A model generated the notes under the pieces. The model worked only from the letters and a program-made list of their open reading frames with translations. It did no database searches and was not told the DNA's origin. This document shows, in pieces, positions 40,037-49,400 of a DNA stretch of 64,000 nt. Origin of the DNA: Thermoproteota archaeon (lineage in GTDB: Archaea > Asgardarchaeota > Njordarchaeia > Njordarchaeales > Panguiarchaeaceae); contig JANJXX010000001.1 of the NCBI GenBank assembly GCA_024720975.1, positions 159,408 to 223,407 of the forward strand. The letters run 5' to 3'. A program made the translations under genes and the position numbers. Within the stretch, counting starts at the first letter, position 1. Each line of letters starts with the position of its first letter.

Positions 40037-40872
40037 GCACCGGGTTCATCTTTGGATCCACACTCAAATTCACTAAATAATACTTTGCTAATCTTTTCAA
40101 GCGTTTTTTCTCCTATTCCCTCAACATCAATATCCCATCTGTTAACTTTCATAATTGCGTTGTAGGGGGTCTTATATACGCTCAGAATTTTGCTTGCTCT
40201 GCTAACACTAATTCCTGGCAAGCCAGCAAGGAAGAAAATCTGCTGCTCCCTTAGGCTTCTTAATCTTGGTTTAATTCGTATTACTGCCCGCTCGTGTTCC
40301 GTCTGCTCGATTTTTTTACCCTTAGACTCCAGATAAAGGTCCCAGAGAATTTGCGCTCCATGGAATATATCGTACGTCTCCTCTATTCTTACACCCATTT
40401 CCTCAATAGCATTTAAAGCCCCAAGGTATGCGTTTGGATGTATTCCTATTCTCTCCTCAATAACTGAGTATATCCGCCCTCTTATATTCTTCTTTGTTAT
40501 GGGAATGTATATGGCCTTGTCGTGATAGTCCATTCGGATGGATAAGGATCCCTCCAGTAGAAGTATTGGATTTTTATAAGTTTCAACCAAATTCTTAACT
40601 TGTTCAAAGATGCGAACTTTCCCGTTCTTATTACCAATTATGGAGTTTAGAAAATCCCTTATTGATTTTCGCTCAATTGCGTATTGATTCGGAAGGATAA
40701 GATCTCCGACTTCTAGCTTTTCAACTCTGTAAGGTATCTTATGCTGCTGAACTTTTTCGAGAAAGAGTGTTATCGAATTCTTCTTGTCTTTGTCTACTTC
40801 GTGTACGTCTATTATTACCTCCGGCGCTCTGCCAAGTAGGTCCAATTGAATTGTCTCCTTTGGTCTTTCCAT
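40033..40872 (-). CDS. xpf: XPF/ERCC4-domain structure-specific endonuclease (short form with HhH motifs)
   Basis: IDVHE, LEVGD, IERKSIRDF, LLLEG, LPGIS and VEGIGEK HhH motifs. Confidence 0.88.
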   Translation of the reverse strand: MERPKETIQLDLLGRAPEVIIDVHEVDKDKKNSITLFLEKVQQHKIPYRVEKLEVGDLILPNQYAIERKSIRDFLNSIIGNKNGKVRIFEQVKNLVETYKNPILLLEGSLSIRMDYHDKAIYIPITKKNIRGRIYSVIEERIGIHPNAYLGALNAIEEMGVRIEETYDIFHGAQILWDLYLESKGKKIEQTEHERAVIRIKPRLRSLREQQIFFLAGLPGISVSRASKILSVYKTPYNAIMKVNRWDIDVEGIGEKTLEKISKVLFSEFECGSKDEPGA

Positions 40873-41026
40873 AGCTTTTCCCTAGTTATGAGATATAACA
40901 AAACACAAGCTATTGAAGTAAGAAAAAAGTAACAGCAGTATTATCAGAATTATAGATTTAGTTTCTTGGGATTAAGCATTTGCCTTGTTAATTCGGTGTT
41001 TTATTCTTGGGTTATATTAAGTGGTT

Positions 41027-41225
41027 GCCCGTGTCGCTTACTTGAGTTTGTTCAGGTGTTTTCGATTATCCTGGGTATTGTCGACACGGGCTTCTCCCTC
41101 GTCACCTGCTCACCGTTCGCAGGGTCATCAGGAGCTACATCGACGGGCACCACTGAGCCCGCCTCGAGGTATACATATATCCCCCGCCTCTGATGGCTAC
41201 CCAGCCGTCATTGAGGCGGGAGAAG
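41027..41225 (-). ncRNA. Putative TnpB-associated omegaRNA (right-end RNA) scaffold
   Basis: Inverted repeats GCCCGTGTCG (41027-36) / CGACACGGGC (41082-91), CCCGCCTC (41183-90) / GAGGCGGG (41213-20), CTTCTCCC (41091-98) / GGGAGAAG (41218-25), at the tnpB 3' end where these RNAs are known to lie. Confidence 0.45.
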
Positions 41226-41542
41226 AGGTTTAGGCAAGTTACCACATCAACAACCTTGTATCCCCTAGCTGAACAGTAACTTCTTAGTCTTTCAATCTGC
41301 CGCTCTAAGTTACCATCTATTTTCTGCTTATGCGATGAAACCCTAGCGTATATAGCGGCTCTAATCTCTCTTCTTTCAACACCACTCAGAATCCTCTTGA
41401 CTTCGCTTTCTGGAACCATCCACAGCTTTCCAACTCTGAGAGCACGCAGTCTTCTTCCCTGCTTTATCCACTTTTTAACAGTAGAAACACTAATGTTCGG
41501 TAACTCAGCAACCTCACTAGTTCTATAGAGCTTCTCGGACAC
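41135..41542 (-). pseudogene. tnpA: Truncated IS607 serine transposase TnpA
   Basis: LYRTSEVAE..ISVSTVKKWIKQG HTH, AAIYARVSSHKQK..NLERQIERL. The rest of the catalytic domain (D..SG, RDRL) is absent. GTG start at 41542 after GAGAGGT. Confidence 0.85.
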
Positions 41543-41600
41543 AGCATAGTACCTCTCTTGATTCCAAATACCCATAGTAGCTAAAACAGCTTAAAAACTT

Positions 41601-42638
41601 TTACGACAGACACAGTCTAGTATAGCTAGATAAGATGCTTCCGTGGATTCTACCTCCTGTTATCTGCGCGTTGTTGCCTATAATGGAGTTTCGAATACTA
41701 CTACTATTGACTATAGAACCACTCATAATTAGCGAATTTCTAATCTCTGAGCCAGAGACTATTGTGTTCGCCCCAATAATTGCATATGGTCCCACAACAG
41801 ATTTAGAGTCCACCTTGGCATTTACCTCTATGTAGACGGGATTAATAATTTTGCCCTCTATTTGAGCGTCTGGGTTTACATAACTCTCAGAAAGTAACTT
41901 GTTAAGAGCTAAAAGGTAGCCTTCAAGTGAGCCAATGTCGAACCAATATCCATCGAATTTGTAAGCATACACATCATATCTTTTAGAAAGCCATTCAAAG
42001 AAATATCCAGGAGCATCTGGATTCCTACGCTCTTTCAAATACTTGCCGATTAGATGAGTCATGTCTTTAGGTAGTACGTATATGGCCGTTGCTGCCAATC
42101 TGGATTTTGGCTCCTTCGGTTTTTCAATGAAATCTATGATCTTATTATTTTCATCTAGGTGGACCTCTGCCAATCCCTTCATGGCTTCAAGTGAATTTAC
42201 CTCAAAAACTGCCACTACTGGATTTCGTACTCTTCTGTAGAATGCAAGAAATGACTCAAAATCTATGGATGCTATATTATCGCCTGCTACTATTAAAGTA
42301 TCTCTTGCCGGTGAGTTTCTAAGTATGCGTTTAAGGTCGTAGTGAATTCCACGAATTGCCCCAAACTTAGCGTCCTCTCGTATTGATGGTTCAATTATCA
42401 ATTGGTAGCGACTTTTGTCCTTCAGGCAATTACTGCTTGCGAACCAGTCTTTAAAGTATTTCTCAAATGCTCTGTTTGTCGAGATGTATATTTTTCCTAT
42501 GCACTGTAACCTGTCTATTTTCTCTAATGTAAACTCGATAATTCTCTTCTTTCCAAGGGGAAGTAAAGGCTTTGGAAAATCCCTCGTCACAGGCCATAGG
42601 CGCGTCGCAAATCCTCCGGCTAGTATAAGTGCATACAT
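41601..42638 (-). CDS. NDP-sugar pyrophosphorylase (glucose-1-P thymidylyl- or mannose-1-P guanylyl-transferase family) with left-handed beta-helix tail
   Basis: ILAGGFATRLWP..PKPLL, AGDN, FIEKP, WFDIG, hexapeptide repeats. ATG 6 nt after GGTG. Confidence 0.9.
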   Translation of the reverse strand: MYALILAGGFATRLWPVTRDFPKPLLPLGKKRIIEFTLEKIDRLQCIGKIYISTNRAFEKYFKDWFASSNCLKDKSRYQLIIEPSIREDAKFGAIRGIHYDLKRILRNSPARDTLIVAGDNIASIDFESFLAFYRRVRNPVVAVFEVNSLEAMKGLAEVHLDENNKIIDFIEKPKEPKSRLAATAIYVLPKDMTHLIGKYLKERRNPDAPGYFFEWLSKRYDVYAYKFDGYWFDIGSLEGYLLALNKLLSESYVNPDAQIEGKIINPVYIEVNAKVDSKSVVGPYAIIGANTIVSGSEIRNSLIMSGSIVNSSSIRNSIIGNNAQITGGRIHGSILSSYTRLCLS

Positions 42639-42647
42639 TTGAGGCAC

Positions 42648-43787
42648 CTACAACTCACTTTTTATTGATGATATCTCTTCAATGTCAAATGTGCTTAGGT
42701 TTTTACTGTCTGCTAAAAAGACAGATAACACATCAGCAAATATTGTTGGTATCAGCAATGTTCTCCATGAAAACTTCTCGTCGTCAATCATGAAAATATA
42801 TGAGTCTATGTAAGCTAGCTTGTTTGTAACCACGTCAAGGTATCTTCTCATTAAGGGCTCCTCCGAATTTCTTCTCAGGATTATGTTGAATACTTTTTTT
42901 CTATCGAGCCCGCGAAGACCAACTATGAAATTATGCGCACCCTCGGGAATCTCAAAGTAAGTTGCAAAATGCTTGGCATTTTCGTTTAATTGGGCAATAA
43001 ATCTTCTAGCTACGGCAGCAAGTGTGCGCTCAGCGGCTATTATAACTATTTTGTCCCTAACTTTCATGACTAATTCATAAAGCTTTTGAAACGACTCCTT
43101 TGAGTTTAGTTTCGTGATATAGTCTCGAATTTTTGGATCCTTAAGTCCCTGAATCTCTTGTTCTAATCCGAGGATTCTAGCGAGTATAGAGAACGATATT
43201 GCTAGCCCGTATGGAAAGTGCGATCTAGACGTGTACCCGGCAGGTAGTTTAATGTGATAGACTCCTTTCTCTTTGGCCATACTTTCTAATTTTCCCCCTA
43301 GTGAAAGTGCTAATAGTACAGAGTTTTTATGCGGATTTTTTCTGCTCAAAATATTGAAAGCTTCTAGAGTCTCTAGAGTGTCTCCTGAGTAGCTATAGAA
43401 AATATAGACATCATACGGCATGCACAAAATTTGCTTAGACGGGATATCGCGGTAAACATTCATTATAACCTTGGGGCACAAGTTAGTGTAAAACAGATAA
43501 TTGGCTATATATTCCCCAATTAATGCTGATGCTCCCATGCCGAACCAAGCGACTTTAATGTACTCTTTATGCGCTATTCCCGCTTTTTCTGACAGATCGC
43601 AAACTTCTGGGTGTTTTTTCGAGGCGTCGATTCCCATATCTAGGAGATTACTAAACTCCAAAACTTGCCTCAACATTTCTATGTTGTCTCTTACTGCAAG
43701 TTGTTCATACAAGGGTCCACTATAGACTATAGCACACCACCGCGAAGATAAAAAGAATGAATTCTTCCCTGCCTTGTGATTGACCAC
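42648..43787 (-). CDS. Bifunctional phosphoglucose/phosphomannose isomerase-like double-SIS protein
   Basis: GMGAS, SYSGDTLET, GGKL, LNENAK, PEGAHN. The real start is probably ATA at 43730 (see findings). Confidence 0.8.
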   Translation of the reverse strand: MVNHKAGKNSFFLSSRWCAIVYSGPLYEQLAVRDNIEMLRQVLEFSNLLDMGIDASKKHPEVCDLSEKAGIAHKEYIKVAWFGMGASALIGEYIANYLFYTNLCPKVIMNVYRDIPSKQILCMPYDVYIFYSYSGDTLETLEAFNILSRKNPHKNSVLLALSLGGKLESMAKEKGVYHIKLPAGYTSRSHFPYGLAISFSILARILGLEQEIQGLKDPKIRDYITKLNSKESFQKLYELVMKVRDKIVIIAAERTLAAVARRFIAQLNENAKHFATYFEIPEGAHNFIVGLRGLDRKKVFNIILRRNSEEPLMRRYLDVVTNKLAYIDSYIFMIDDEKFSWRTLLIPTIFADVLSVFLADSKNLSTFDIEEISSIKSEL

Positions 43788-43824
43788 GAGTGACTTATTA
43801 GTTAGTTATCAGAAATATGCGCAA

Positions 43825-44895
43825 TCATCTTCGCCTTAGGTATGCCTCCTTGAGGATGTTTAGCCAATTTTTAAGCAGCTCTCTAGCCGCCATGTCCTCC
43901 CTACATTTTTCGATGAATCTTGCTATAGTCCATTTAGGAAACAGTAACTTGTATGTAGGATCAAAGAGCATAACATAGTCTCCTCCGAATTCAACAATAA
44001 TGCCCTCGGCTCTTAATTTTTCAGCAATAGTTTGCTCATCCTGGGATAAACTATCTTTTTTTATTAGACCTTCATTTCTGAATCTCTGTATGAGATTGTA
44101 TACATCACTTCTACCAATGAGTTCCGGTATTTTTTCAGCCTCAGCTTCCCATGTGGATATATACTCTGAGACGCGCTGGGAGTATAGCTCTTTTAGTGCC
44201 GGAACTCTCATGATAATATCAAACTTTGTAGGTTTTCTTTTATAGAAAACTACGTCCGATATTAAATATACCCTCTCTACAAGAGCTTTTTCGTCGAATC
44301 TTATCTCTAATACTCCTAGCGCCGAGAGTGCATATGCATAACTGATTAGGAGGTCTCGTGTAGTTGGAAAAGATATTTTTTCTCGTGCCTTTCTAACGAG
44401 ATCATCTAGCGTAAGCACACCTTCATCTACCATTGTTGAAAGAATTACTCTGGCCTCCACATCCCTAAATATGTCTGCAATCCGCTGTTCTATTGGCATC
44501 TTTGTATATGCTAACATCTGTGTCCATATATCCTCCCATTCTTCTTCTGCAGTTGGAATTTCACCTCTCCTGAATAATCTTAAAGCGATTCTTACCAGAG
44601 CTCCACGGTAGGGCTCAGGTTCTTCTTTTTCTTCGAGGATTAGTCCTACAAGTTGTTTGAGCTCTAGTCCAGAGAAGTAGCATACAAAGTTGCGCCCCGC
44701 GTATTTTTCGGAAAAAATTGCATTTTCGGGATAACTAACAATGTAGAATCCTTCATGAGGTTCTTCTTCCTCCCTTAGTATCAGACCAAATATATCTACA
44801 ATAAGGTTCGGGTCAAGATTTTTTTGCGGGTATGAGGCTAGAAGTCTAGGCACTCCTCTGGCCACCCACTGACTGACGAAAATTGTCTCCGGCAT
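43825..44895 (-). CDS. Putative longin/uDENN-like plus winged-helix protein (Asgard-type conserved protein)
   Basis: N-terminal beta-beta-alpha-beta-beta-beta-alpha pattern (W..RGVP.LLASYP; CYFSG; GLILE..EEP..Y..AL), then EQRIA.IF.D, EGV.T..DL and L...G.L helix-turn-helix/wing patterns. Confidence 0.6.
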   Translation of the reverse strand: MPETIFVSQWVARGVPRLLASYPQKNLDPNLIVDIFGLILREEEEPHEGFYIVSYPENAIFSEKYAGRNFVCYFSGLELKQLVGLILEEKEEPEPYRGALVRIALRLFRRGEIPTAEEEWEDIWTQMLAYTKMPIEQRIADIFRDVEARVILSTMVDEGVLTLDDLVRKAREKISFPTTRDLLISYAYALSALGVLEIRFDEKALVERVYLISDVVFYKRKPTKFDIIMRVPALKELYSQRVSEYISTWEAEAEKIPELIGRSDVYNLIQRFRNEGLIKKDSLSQDEQTIAEKLRAEGIIVEFGGDYVMLFDPTYKLLFPKWTIARFIEKCREDMAARELLKNWLNILKEAYLRRR

Positions 44896-45117
44896 TATAT
44901 TCACACCTTTAAGCACATACAAAACGTAGAAAAATACTTAAAAATTGCTACCATCGCCTTTGCGTAAATTCAGACCGTCCGAGGCTTGTTTCATTCTTAT
45001 GGGACCAAATGGAAATTTTAATTAAATTACCGTAGGGGCATGCAACACAATCTTATTTATATGTCCTCCTTTCTTTACTTAAGAATTTGGTAAGTTGCTA
45101 ATCAAAAGGTCTGTTGC

Positions 45118-46401
45118 ATGAGACTAGTTGGTCTTAATTCTGATCGCGCTTGCATTGCTGACATTGAAAATGACAATATTGAAGAGCTTGTGTATACAAA
45201 ACTTTCGGATATAATTATCTTAGACACTATTAGCAACAAAATCAAGCGCCAGATACATATAAAACCCCGAGCCATGAAGCAGAGGGCGGAATTCGATCAA
45301 GAAATCTACAGAGATATATCTACCGAAGATCACATAGACTTGCAAAGAACACCAAGCATTGCTGGAGAAGTTATATTAAAAATGCATGTGGAGGATGTTA
45401 ACGGCGATGGAAAACCTGAGATCGTGATACTTAGGGTGGATGGGATTATTGCATGCTATGATGTTGATGGACACGAAAAATGGTCCTTCTTTCTTGATCC
45501 ACACATTGTAGACTTGGCAACTACTGATAGAGGCGAACTTAGAGTAGTAGTGATTTCTGGATACGGATTTTTGTATGCAATTTCCATCGATGGTAAACTT
45601 TATAAGGTTGATCTAAAGGACTTCTCTGGCTCCCCCTTGGCATTAACTAGTGTAGATTCAAATGCAGGTTTATACGCAATACTTTCTCGGGAGGGAACTA
45701 TTCATTTAGTTAGGATAGAGCTTGCAAAGGAGGTCTTTAAGAAAGTTATTAAAGTGTCTTATATCGCAAATCTAGATTTACCCAAGCATGCAGAATCCAC
45801 ATCACTACATGCCATGAGTCTTAGTGGAGGCTCTACAAAAGAGGCACTTATTGCTGGATTGTCCGATGGAACAGTCCTAGTTATAGATCTCAAAAGTATG
45901 GAGATTAGAGCAAGAATAAAACTACCAGATAGAATAAGCCGCATATTCGAATTACCAGGAGCTGCAGATAACATTGGTATCGCTCTCGATTGGCTTGGCA
46001 ATTTAGCGATTATAAGAGACTACGATAAGATTGAAATGTATGAGGCACCAACAAGGAGAAGACTTGTTGACCTCGATTGCGACGGCACCGAGGAGGAGGT
46101 ATCAGTCTCTACGAAGAGTCTACGCATAAAAAAGCGTGGAGAATTGATAAATGAAATCGAGGGATATAGCTATATTTCATCCTATGCTGTCGATGATGTC
46201 AATCTGGACGGAAAGAGAGAGATAATTGTTGCTTGGAACTCCAAATCTGTAACAATATATGATTATTCAGGCCGTGTTCTAGATTCAACGAAAACTCTAG
46301 CAATTCCTAGGGCTCTCATGATCCTTGATATTAATAAAGATAACAAAAAGGAAATAATTGTTTGCAGCAACGACTCAATCGAAGTTTTTCTTATTGATTA
46401 G
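45118..46401 (+). CDS. FG-GAP/VCBS-repeat beta-propeller protein without signal peptide
   Basis: Five DxxxDxxxE(I/L/E) repeats: DIENDNIEEL, DVNGDGKPEI, DLDCDGTEEE, DVNLDGKREI, DINKDNKKEI. No hydrophobic leader or TM. Confidence 0.8.
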   Translation: MRLVGLNSDRACIADIENDNIEELVYTKLSDIIILDTISNKIKRQIHIKPRAMKQRAEFDQEIYRDISTEDHIDLQRTPSIAGEVILKMHVEDVNGDGKPEIVILRVDGIIACYDVDGHEKWSFFLDPHIVDLATTDRGELRVVVISGYGFLYAISIDGKLYKVDLKDFSGSPLALTSVDSNAGLYAILSREGTIHLVRIELAKEVFKKVIKVSYIANLDLPKHAESTSLHAMSLSGGSTKEALIAGLSDGTVLVIDLKSMEIRARIKLPDRISRIFELPGAADNIGIALDWLGNLAIIRDYDKIEMYEAPTRRRLVDLDCDGTEEEVSVSTKSLRIKKRGELINEIEGYSYISSYAVDDVNLDGKREIIVAWNSKSVTIYDYSGRVLDSTKTLAIPRALMILDINKDNKKEIIVCSNDSIEVFLID

Positions 46402-46422
46402 CTACCTCTAGTTCTTAATCAA

Positions 46423-49400
46423 TCAGACACCATCCCTAATGGCGCCCTCTTTTGCCAGGGATTCTAATAATTTTTCTGCTGATATAATCTGTCTTTCCCT
46501 GACTTTGTTAATAACCCTCTTAATGATAAAGGCTGCGCACGTGATAGCAATGATGCTTATTATCGCGTAAATAATGTGTCCTCCTAAAGAGCCTAAACTG
46601 GCACCACTAGACAGAGCCTGCATACTTCCACTCTGCTCGGATATTAGCAGAAGATAACTTGGACGTGTCTTGTTAGAATCAACTAATAAAGCTGTTGTAT
46701 TTAACAAGATGTTGTTATCTACGAAGACTCGAATGTCATAGCGCATATTTGTCTTTAACAATACTGTGATATAAGATTTCCTTTGAATCGAAGTAACTAA
46801 AGATGTTGACTCATTCGAGTATATCTCAACCAAGACCTCCTTCTCTAAATCATTTAGGATATTTATGGATCCCAACTTTACTAGGAGTCTAGTACTGCTC
46901 TCTATGAAAGCCACATTGCCTTCCAGTAAATTGCCCATCATATCCCAAACACTAATGAAAACTGTTGCTCCTGAAAGCGTCCAAAACTCAATAAGGCTTC
47001 TTTCCGTTGATACAGTGTTGTTTATCTTCACTTTGACAAGTCCATTATTAAGAGAGTTCGACGAGTAGTAATCAATAATCTCAATGACCCTCTTACTAAT
47101 TAGCGCTCTGTAAGCTGCCAAGACGGCGCCTTTATCCCGGAGACTTTCAAATCTCTGTCCATTTAGTAAGCAGTCTCTCACGGAAAGCAGCATCTTTTGT
47201 TTAAAATCGATATTTTTCCCGCATATCAGTAGTGTACCACTGAGCGCATTAAAGCTTATGGTCGCTCCACTGATGTCAGGCCTTGAAATTGTGACTAAGT
47301 AAGCACTTAGATCTATAAATAGATGCTCTAGTTCTAACTTTGTTGGATGAACTATTTTCAAAGCTGCATCTAAACTCCTGTTATTTATAGTAGCCTCGAA
47401 ATATAACCCGCTAAGAATTGTCACATTATGTAAGGCTGGTTTGAGACCTCCTATAATATGCATTAAATCAAAGCATACCGTTAAAAACTTCAGGTAACTA
47501 TTCACGCAGCCCCAAGAGCTCGTTAAGCATATCTCACCCGTCGCGAAGTTTATGACTATATTTAATAAGTTGCTAGCATACTTGATAGCAACAATTTTTC
47601 GGGAATGGTCAAATATAACTTCGTGTAGGAATTTATACATACAGCCAGTAAGAAAATCGAGTACGCGTATCGAATGCCTGAATATTTGGGACGCTTCCAT
47701 GAGTGCATTAACTATAGCCATTTGAGACTGATTTAGCTTAATGTAGTTTGGGCCGGAATCGTCTACATAGCTCAACCATCCCTCAGAAAAATTTATGCGG
47801 ACTAAAGTCACTGTTCCATAAAGCTTTACGTCCCCTACTAACTTAGTCACAAGTTCATCTAATTTGCTGAATTCGTATGCTAAGTAGTCACTTAGAGCTC
47901 TGTTACAGAGAGCGATTAAAGTTTCTGAGAATTGTATGGTGACCTTTGCTATGTCAGAGTAATTACAGGCACACAACATGATGACGCTCCTGTTCGGAAG
48001 ACCTGGATTGTCTAGTTCTCTATTCTCGACTAAACCAACAAATTTGATGCTGTCACACGACATGACACTTTCCAGGAAAGTCTCTAACGAGGTAACATCT
48101 ATCATAAACACTCCTGGCTCTAAGAAGTCAAGGATCATTATACTGAAGTTTCTTGAATCTGCTTCTAGGCAGCTTACAAGATAGGAGCCAGGCGATAATA
48201 CCAGGATCTTATTTCCAATTGTTTCTGATTCAAGCTTAAGACTTCTGTTCGGTGTTGATATGTAGAGCTCTTTCTTCGTGTTCCTACTATTCAGTAGTTT
48301 TATCACAGGTGTGCCTATATCGATAGTTACGTTAAAGCTACTCAGATTATTTAGGTCATTTTTAAGATAGAATGCTTCACTACCAAACTCATCAAAAATT
48401 CTGATCTCTACTATCGAATTTGGAGAAACAGTTATTTTTGACTCATTGAGTTTTCGCCAGGGAGTATCTATTAACTGGTATGTTATATTACATATCAGTG
48501 TACTTTCACTGATCTCAAGCGGGAAAATTTGTTGATCAATACTTTGGCTCCAGGACGCTACTGATATCTCGATGCCTGTTATGTTGCCAGCTGCTAGAGC
48601 CATATGCCAGCCAGATTTCATGAGATCAAAATCCACATCGACACTTGCTGTTAAACGCAAATTATCACTGCAAAAGAATGTATCAACATAAAGCTTAGCT
48701 AAGAGAGGCACAGCCTTAAAGGCTAGTATGTGATCAAGAGGATATCTAACATTTTCGTCGTAGTTCACATAGAGTAGTTTATCTGACCCATATCTCCTCT
48801 GTACGATCCTGATTTCAACCATACCTGACTGAATATCTTTCCTTAGAGTTAACTTTACGAAGTTTCCGCCATCTACATAAATAGGGTAGTACTCTACGAA
48901 CCAATATTCATTGAAGACCAGATACGAAGAAACACGGAAAACTCCTTCTGTAGTGCCACTGATACAGCCCAAGAAGATTGCCTTGGAGTATACAGGACTT
49001 ACTGAGTCCTGAAGAAATACTGCAGCAGTTCCCGAGTACTCATAGAATCTTGTAGATACGGATCCTTCAATTGCCATCCACAAGGATGAGCTTGCTATAT
49101 CTCTTAGTGAGTACCCAAAGCTACTTGCTGATAAGTTCTCGTGGGAGTTTATTGGCGCTCCTCCATAGCGAATCAATACAGGTTGCTTAGAAAAAGCCTG
49201 CATATGTGGGATTTTTAGGTAAAACGTTGCATCTCTTCCATCCCAACTTCGAAGATAGCTGCTAAGTTTTACTATTTGCGTTCCATTAATTATATAAAAG
49301 CACACGTCACCTAGGGTTTTATCAACTGAGAGCATGTTTATCCAACTGTTATTCACAACTACTTTAACGGGAGCACTAAATAGATCGTAAGGGTTAGGAT

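Larger units (their letters stand above)
41020..41600 (-). mobile_element. Internally deleted IS607-family element (5' tnpA fused to the 3' end of tnpB)
   Basis: MerR-like HTH plus serine recombinase YARVSS motif, truncated at KVVDVVT. It is followed by CLNL, which resembles the terminal TnpB RuvC D-x-x-A-C-x-N motif, and by a GC-rich hairpin-rich segment. Ends are approximate. Confidence 0.8.
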
